A stretch of 55,640 bases of DNA, taken from assembly GCA_964236835.1 (NCBI GenBank), contig CAXSGT010000002.1, positions 1 to 55,640 on the forward strand, in the 5' to 3' direction. A model generated the notes under the pieces. The model did no database searches and was not told where the DNA came from. It saw nothing but the letters and a program-made list of their open reading frames with translations. This DNA comes from an uncultured Polaromonas sp. (lineage in GTDB: Bacteria > Pseudomonadota > Gammaproteobacteria > Burkholderiales > Burkholderiaceae_C). This document shows, in pieces, positions 51,112-55,640 of the stretch (its first letter is position 1; every line of letters starts with the position of its first letter). The position numbers and the translations under genes are program-made.

Positions 51112-53739
51112 ATGCCAGCCGAATTCTTGCAAAACTACCGCAACCATGTCGCCGAACGCGCAGTGCTGGGCATTCCGCCCCTGCCGCTGTCGGCCCGGCA
51201 AACTGGAGAGGTGATCGAACTGCTGAAAAAACCGCCGCAGGGCGAGGAAGCCTTCCTGCTCGACCTTATCACCCACCGCGTCCCGGCCGGCGTCGATGCC
51301 GCCGCCAAGGTCAAGGCCAGCTATTTCGCCGCCGTGGCGCATGGCAGCGAAAAATGCCCGCTGATCTCGCGCGAAAAAGCGACGCAGTTGCTCGGCACCA
51401 TGCTCGGCGGCTACAACATCGGGCCGATGGTTGAGCTGCTGGACGATGCGGAAGACAGCGTCGCGACGCAGGCTGCCAACGGGCTGAAGAACACGCTGCT
51501 GATGTTCGACCAGTTTCACGACGTTCAGGAAAAAGCCGAAAAAGGCAACAAATACGCCAAGTCGGTGCTGCAAAGCTGGGCCGACGCCGAATGGTTCACC
51601 AGCCGGCCCGAAGTGCCCGACTCGATCCGGTTGACCGTCTTCAAGATGGCAGGCGAGATCAACACCGACGACCTGTCGCCCGCGCCCGACGCCTGGAGCC
51701 GGCCCGACATTCCGCTGCATGCGTTGGCGATGCACAAGAACGCGCGTCCGGGCCAAAGCGCCGAATCCTTGCCGGAAGAAGACGGCAAGCGCGGTCCGGT
51801 GAAATTCATCGAGCAACTCAAGGCCAAAGGCAATCTCGTGGCCTACGTCGGCGACGTTGTCGGCACCGGCTCCTCGCGCAAGTCCGCGACCAATTCGGTG
51901 CTGTGGTTTACCGGCGAAGACATTCCCTTCGTTCCGAACAAGCGCTTCGGCGGTGTCTGCCTGGGCGCCAAGATCGCGCCAATTTTCTACAACACCATGG
52001 AAGACTCGGGCGCACTGCCGATCGAGCTCGACGTGTCGCAAATGAACATGGGCGACGTCATCGAGCTGCGGCCCTACGAAGGCAAGGCGCTCAAAAACGG
52101 TCAGGTCATTGCCGAGTTCCAGCTTAAGAGCGACGTGCTGCTCGACGAAGTGCGCGCCGGCGGCCGCATTCCGCTGATCGTCGGCCGCGGCCTGACCGCA
52201 AAAGCGCGCTGGGCGCTGGGCCTGCCGGCGTCCACATTGTTCCGCCTGCCGCAAAGCCCCGAGGCCAGCGAGCGCGGCTTCACGCTGGCGCAAAAAATGG
52301 TCGGCCGCGCCGTCGGTCTGCCTGAAGGGCAGGGTGTTCGACCCGGCACCTATTGCGAACCCAAGATGACGTCGGTCGGCTCGCAGGACACCACCGGCCC
52401 GATGACGCGCGACGAGCTCAAAGACTTGGCCTGCCTGGGTTTTTCCGCCGACCTGGTGATGCAGTCGTTCTGCCACACGGCAGCCTATCCGAAGCCGGTC
52501 GATGTGAAGATGCACCATGAACTGCCCGATTTCATGAGCGACCGCGGCGGCATTCCGCTGCGTCCGGGCGACGGCATCATCCACAGCTGGCTCAACCGCA
52601 TGCTGCTGCCCGACACGGTGGGCACCGGCGGCGACAGCCACACGCGGTTCCCGATTGGAATCAGCTTTCCTGCCGGCTCCGGCCTGGTGGCGTTCGGCGC
52701 CGCGACCGGCGTCATGCCGCTGGACATGCCCGAGAGCGTGCTGGTGCGCTTCAAGGGCGAGCTTCAGCCCGGCATCACGCTGCGCGACCTGGTCAATGCG
52801 ATTCCGCTCTACGCCATCAAGGCCGGCCTGCTGACAGTCGCCAAGCAGGGCAAGAAAAATATTTTCTCGGGCCGCATCCTCGAAATCGAGGGTTTGCCCG
52901 ACCTGAAAGTCGAGCAGGCCTTCGAGCTAAGCGACGCCTCGGCCGAGCGTTCGGCCGGCGGCTGCACGGTGCACCTAAACAAAGAGCCGATCATCGAGTA
53001 CATCACCAGCAACATCACGATGCTCAAGTGGATGATCGCGACGGGCTACTCGGACGTTCGCACGATCAGGCGCCGCATCGCCGCGATGGAGCGCTGGCTC
53101 GCCGACCCGCAACTGCTCAAGGGTGACGCCGACGCCGAATATGCCGCCGTTATCGAGATCGACCTGGCCGATATCCACGAGCCGATCGTCGCCTGTCCGA
53201 ACGATCCCGACGACGTCAAGACACTGAGCGACGTCGCGGGCAGCCCGATCGACGAAGTGTTCATCGGCAGCTGCATGACCAATATTGGCCATTTCCGCGC
53301 CGCGTCGAAGCTGCTGGAAAACAAGCGCGACATTCCGGTCAAATTGTGGGTCGCGCCGCCGACCAAGATGGACGCCCGGCAGCTCAGCGAGGAAGGCCAC
53401 TACGGCGTGCTCGGCGCCGCCGGCGCGCGCATGGAAATGCCGGGATGCAGCTTGTGCATGGGCAACCAGGCGCAGGTGAAGGAAGGCGCCACCGTGTTTT
53501 CGACCTCGACGCGCAATTTCCCCAACCGTCTGGGGAAAAATTCCAATGTCTATCTCGGCTCGGCCGAGCTGGCGGCGATCTGCTCGAAACTCGGCCGCAT
53601 TCCGACCCGGATGGAATACATGTCGAACATGCAAGTGCTGACCGCCGCCAGCGTACAGGTTTACCAGTACCTGAATTTCGACCGGGTAGAGGCCTACACC
53701 GACCTGGCCGATACCGTAAAAGAAGTTGTTCCGGTCTGA
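51112..53739 (+). CDS. acnB: Aconitate hydratase B
   Basis: [50 protein letters not shown]. Confidence 0.98.
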   Translation: MPAEFLQNYRNHVAERAVLGIPPLPLSARQTGEVIELLKKPPQGEEAFLLDLITHRVPAGVDAAAKVKASYFAAVAHGSEKCPLISREKATQLLGTMLGGYNIGPMVELLDDAEDSVATQAANGLKNTLLMFDQFHDVQEKAEKGNKYAKSVLQSWADAEWFTSRPEVPDSIRLTVFKMAGEINTDDLSPAPDAWSRPDIPLHALAMHKNARPGQSAESLPEEDGKRGPVKFIEQLKAKGNLVAYVGDVVGTGSSRKSATNSVLWFTGEDIPFVPNKRFGGVCLGAKIAPIFYNTMEDSGALPIELDVSQMNMGDVIELRPYEGKALKNGQVIAEFQLKSDVLLDEVRAGGRIPLIVGRGLTAKARWALGLPASTLFRLPQSPEASERGFTLAQKMVGRAVGLPEGQGVRPGTYCEPKMTSVGSQDTTGPMTRDELKDLACLGFSADLVMQSFCHTAAYPKPVDVKMHHELPDFMSDRGGIPLRPGDGIIHSWLNRMLLPDTVGTGGDSHTRFPIGISFPAGSGLVAFGAATGVMPLDMPESVLVRFKGELQPGITLRDLVNAIPLYAIKAGLLTVAKQGKKNIFSGRILEIEGLPDLKVEQAFELSDASAERSAGGCTVHLNKEPIIEYITSNITMLKWMIATGYSDVRTIRRRIAAMERWLADPQLLKGDADAEYAAVIEIDLADIHEPIVACPNDPDDVKTLSDVAGSPIDEVFIGSCMTNIGHFRAASKLLENKRDIPVKLWVAPPTKMDARQLSEEGHYGVLGAAGARMEMPGCSLCMGNQAQVKEGATVFSTSTRNFPNRLGKNSNVYLGSAELAAICSKLGRIPTRMEYMSNMQVLTAASVQVYQYLNFDRVEAYTDLADTVKEVVPV

Positions 53740-53753
53740 ACTTCTCGGCGCAT

Positions 53754-53790
53754 AAAAAAAGCCCCGCAGTGAAAACGGCGGGGCTTTTTT
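53754..53790. terminator. Bidirectional intrinsic terminator
   Basis: AAAAAAGCCCCGC...GCGGGGCTTTTTT between convergent genes. Confidence 0.85.
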
Positions 53791-53811
53791 GACGCGTGCG
53801 CCGCGAAAGTC

Positions 53812-54312
53812 TCAGGACATGCGCACTTCCTTGTGCTCGCCCACGCTGGGCGGGGTTCCGGTAATGGCGGCGGTCACCATCTTCGCCATCTGGGTCATTT
53901 TGCTTTCCTTGACATCCCAGTATTCGGCATGGCTGATGCTAACTTTCAGCAACGCCAGGTCCGGGTCGGTCGCCCCGCCCGGAAACCACGCCTTGGCCAT
54001 GGTCGAGAAAAGTTCTTCCTTCTTCGGCTGATCCTCAACGATCAAAGCCTCGCCGGACACGGAAACATAACGGTCTTTCGATGGATCGGTGTAGCTCACG
54101 TTGACATGGATGTCCTGGGCGATGTGCTGCGCCGTCTCGCTTTTGCGCGAGACAAAGAAGTAGAGCGTTGACGCTTCATCCAGGCTCCTGTTCTGGGTCG
54201 TCAGCGGCATGCTGTGTAGGCGGCCGTTGGCATGCCGATGGGTGAACATGCCAAATTTGATGTCCTTGATCATGTCCCACAGTTTTTGTTGATCGCTGAT
54301 ATTGTTGTCCAT
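53812..54312 (-). CDS. General stress protein 26-like, pyridoxamine 5'-phosphate oxidase (FMN-binding split barrel) family
   Basis: KLWDMIKDIKFGMFT, YVSVSG, KAWFPGGATDPDL, AEYWD; GGAG RBS. Confidence 0.88.
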   Translation of the reverse strand: MDNNISDQQKLWDMIKDIKFGMFTHRHANGRLHSMPLTTQNRSLDEASTLYFFVSRKSETAQHIAQDIHVNVSYTDPSKDRYVSVSGEALIVEDQPKKEELFSTMAKAWFPGGATDPDLALLKVSISHAEYWDVKESKMTQMAKMVTAAITGTPPSVGEHKEVRMS

Positions 54313-54477
54313 GCAAAACTCCGTAAAAAGTATGAAAAATGGACTTTATCGGTCATGCGCAAGTTCCTTTATCAGTGGCATGCGGACGTTCGTGTCGGTG
54401 AAGGCTGACAGTTGGATGACGGGCCGATAAAGCATTAATTTCGCTTTGCCCGCCATGCGGCATGGCGATTGCCCTAA

Positions 54478-54508
54478 AATGCAGATGAAAATAATTCGTA
54501 TTTGCATT
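54478..54508 (+). promoter_or_regulatory. Fur box
   Basis: AATGCAGATGAAAATAATTCGTATTTGCATT, an imperfect palindrome resembling Fur sites, upstream of an iron-binding protein. Confidence 0.7.
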
Positions 54509-54591
54509 ACTGAGCGATAGCTGCGCTTTGTTGGCAAGTTCAGTCGCTATAGGTTTTTTTAGACAGACTGGATCATTCAAAGAGGTTTTTC

Positions 54592-55638
54592 ATGAAATTG
54601 TCGTTTCGCTTTCTGGCGCCCTTGGCGCTTTTCGGCGCTCTGGGACTCGCTTTGGTCGCTTCTCCGCGGGTATCCAATGCCCAGCCATCGCCCGCGGTGG
54701 CGCCCAGCGCCGAAGGCATCGTGGTTTACAACGCCCAGCATGCCAGCCTGAGCAAGGCCTGGGCCGAAGCGTTCACCCGCGACACCGGCGTCAAGGTCAC
54801 CCTGCGCAACGGCGGCGACACCGAACTGGGCAATCAGATCGTTCAGGAAGGAGCGGCTTCGCCCGCAGACGTTTTTCTGACGGAGAATTCGCCTGCGATG
54901 GCGCTGGTGGACGCGGCTGGGCTGTTTGCGCCGCTCAATCCCGCAACCCTGGCCCAGGTGCCGGAGAATTTTCGCCCCGAGCATGGCCGCTGGGTCGGCA
55001 TCGCCGCCCGCAGCACCTTGTTCGTCTATAACAAGGCGAAGCTGACGCCCGCGCAGCTGCCGAAGTCGCTGATGGACCTGGCGTCGCCCGGCTGGAAGGG
55101 CCGTTGGGCCGCGTCGCCCGCCGGCGCCGATTTCCAGGCCATCGTCAGCGCGCTGCTGGAGCTCAAGGGTGAGGCCGCCACGCTGGCATGGCTCAAGGCC
55201 ATGAAGATCAACGCGGTGCTCTACAAAGGCAACGGCGTCGTGCTCAAGGCGGTCAACGCTGGGGAAGTCGACGGCGGCGTGATCTACCACTACTACCGCG
55301 TCGGCGACCAGGCCCGAACGGGCGAGAACAGCCGCAATACCGAGGCGCACTACTTTCGCAACCAGGACCCCGGCGCGTTCGTCAGCGTCTCGGGCGCCGG
55401 CGTGCTGGCGTCGAGCAAACACAAGCCCGAAGCGCAGGCGTTCGTGCAATGGCTGACCGCCAAGGCCGGCCAGGAAGTGCTCAGAAGCGGCGCTTCCTAC
55501 GAATATGCCGTCGGCGCCGGCGCCGCGTCCAACCCGAAGCTGGTACCCCTGGCCGAGCTGCAGGCGCCCAAGGTCGATCTGTCCAGGCTGAACAGCAAAA
55601 AAGTCAGCGACCTGATGACGCAGGCCGGACTGCTGTAG
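54592..55638 (+). CDS. Fe3+ ABC transporter substrate-binding protein (SfuA/FbpA-like)
   Basis: Signal peptide, VYNAQH, SPADVFLTENSP, IYHYY tyrosine pair, VSVSGAGVL. Confidence 0.92.
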   Translation: MKLSFRFLAPLALFGALGLALVASPRVSNAQPSPAVAPSAEGIVVYNAQHASLSKAWAEAFTRDTGVKVTLRNGGDTELGNQIVQEGAASPADVFLTENSPAMALVDAAGLFAPLNPATLAQVPENFRPEHGRWVGIAARSTLFVYNKAKLTPAQLPKSLMDLASPGWKGRWAASPAGADFQAIVSALLELKGEAATLAWLKAMKINAVLYKGNGVVLKAVNAGEVDGGVIYHYYRVGDQARTGENSRNTEAHYFRNQDPGAFVSVSGAGVLASSKHKPEAQAFVQWLTAKAGQEVLRSGASYEYAVGAGAASNPKLVPLAELQAPKVDLSRLNSKKVSDLMTQAGLL

Positions 55639-55640
55639 CT

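Noticed and set aside
54505-54562. Possible tenth family A motif upstream of the iron-binding protein
   Set aside because: The palindrome half-sites and CGC spacing are each off by 1-2 nt; the region is better explained by the Fur box and promoter.

Overview
GC-rich betaproteobacterial core-genome window (gene order and proteins look like Comamonadaceae, Polaromonas-like; this is inference). In order: sppA (5'-truncated), an RsmI-like methylase, maf/yceF, yceD-rpmF-plsX-fabH-[BNR/sialidase-like + membrane protein]-fabD-fabG-acpP-fabF, ygfX-like-rpoE-rseA-rseB-degP, lepA-lepB-DUF4845-rnc-era-recO-pdxJ-acpS-nagZ. A long minus-strand run follows: serA-serC-ygjP, lysS, LON-domain protein, accD-trpA-trpB-trpF-truA-fimV-asd-leuB-leuD-leuC-gltA-sdhE-sdhBADC-GntR. 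The window ends with mdh-CitE-like-hypothetical-acnB, a general stress protein and a Fur-boxed Fe3+ binding protein. I saw no rRNA, tRNA, CRISPR, transposase or phage genes. The interesting signal is non-genic. (1) Nine copies of a fixed-geometry ~60-bp asymmetric motif, RCTM-N9(AT-rich)-KAGY-N7-G-N12-G-SGC-N7-W-rich; five are written directly into housekeeping coding sequences, on both strands and in several frames. (2) An unannotated, apparently leaderless Thr/Ile/Lys-rich leader peptide with attenuator-like pairings in front of asd. (3) Two further dispersed hairpin repeat families, one of which keeps open reading frames at gene junctions. (4) A BNR/sialidase-like two-gene insert in the fab operon, an alphaproteobacterial-type serC with a short serA, and a foreign-looking patch in lysS.
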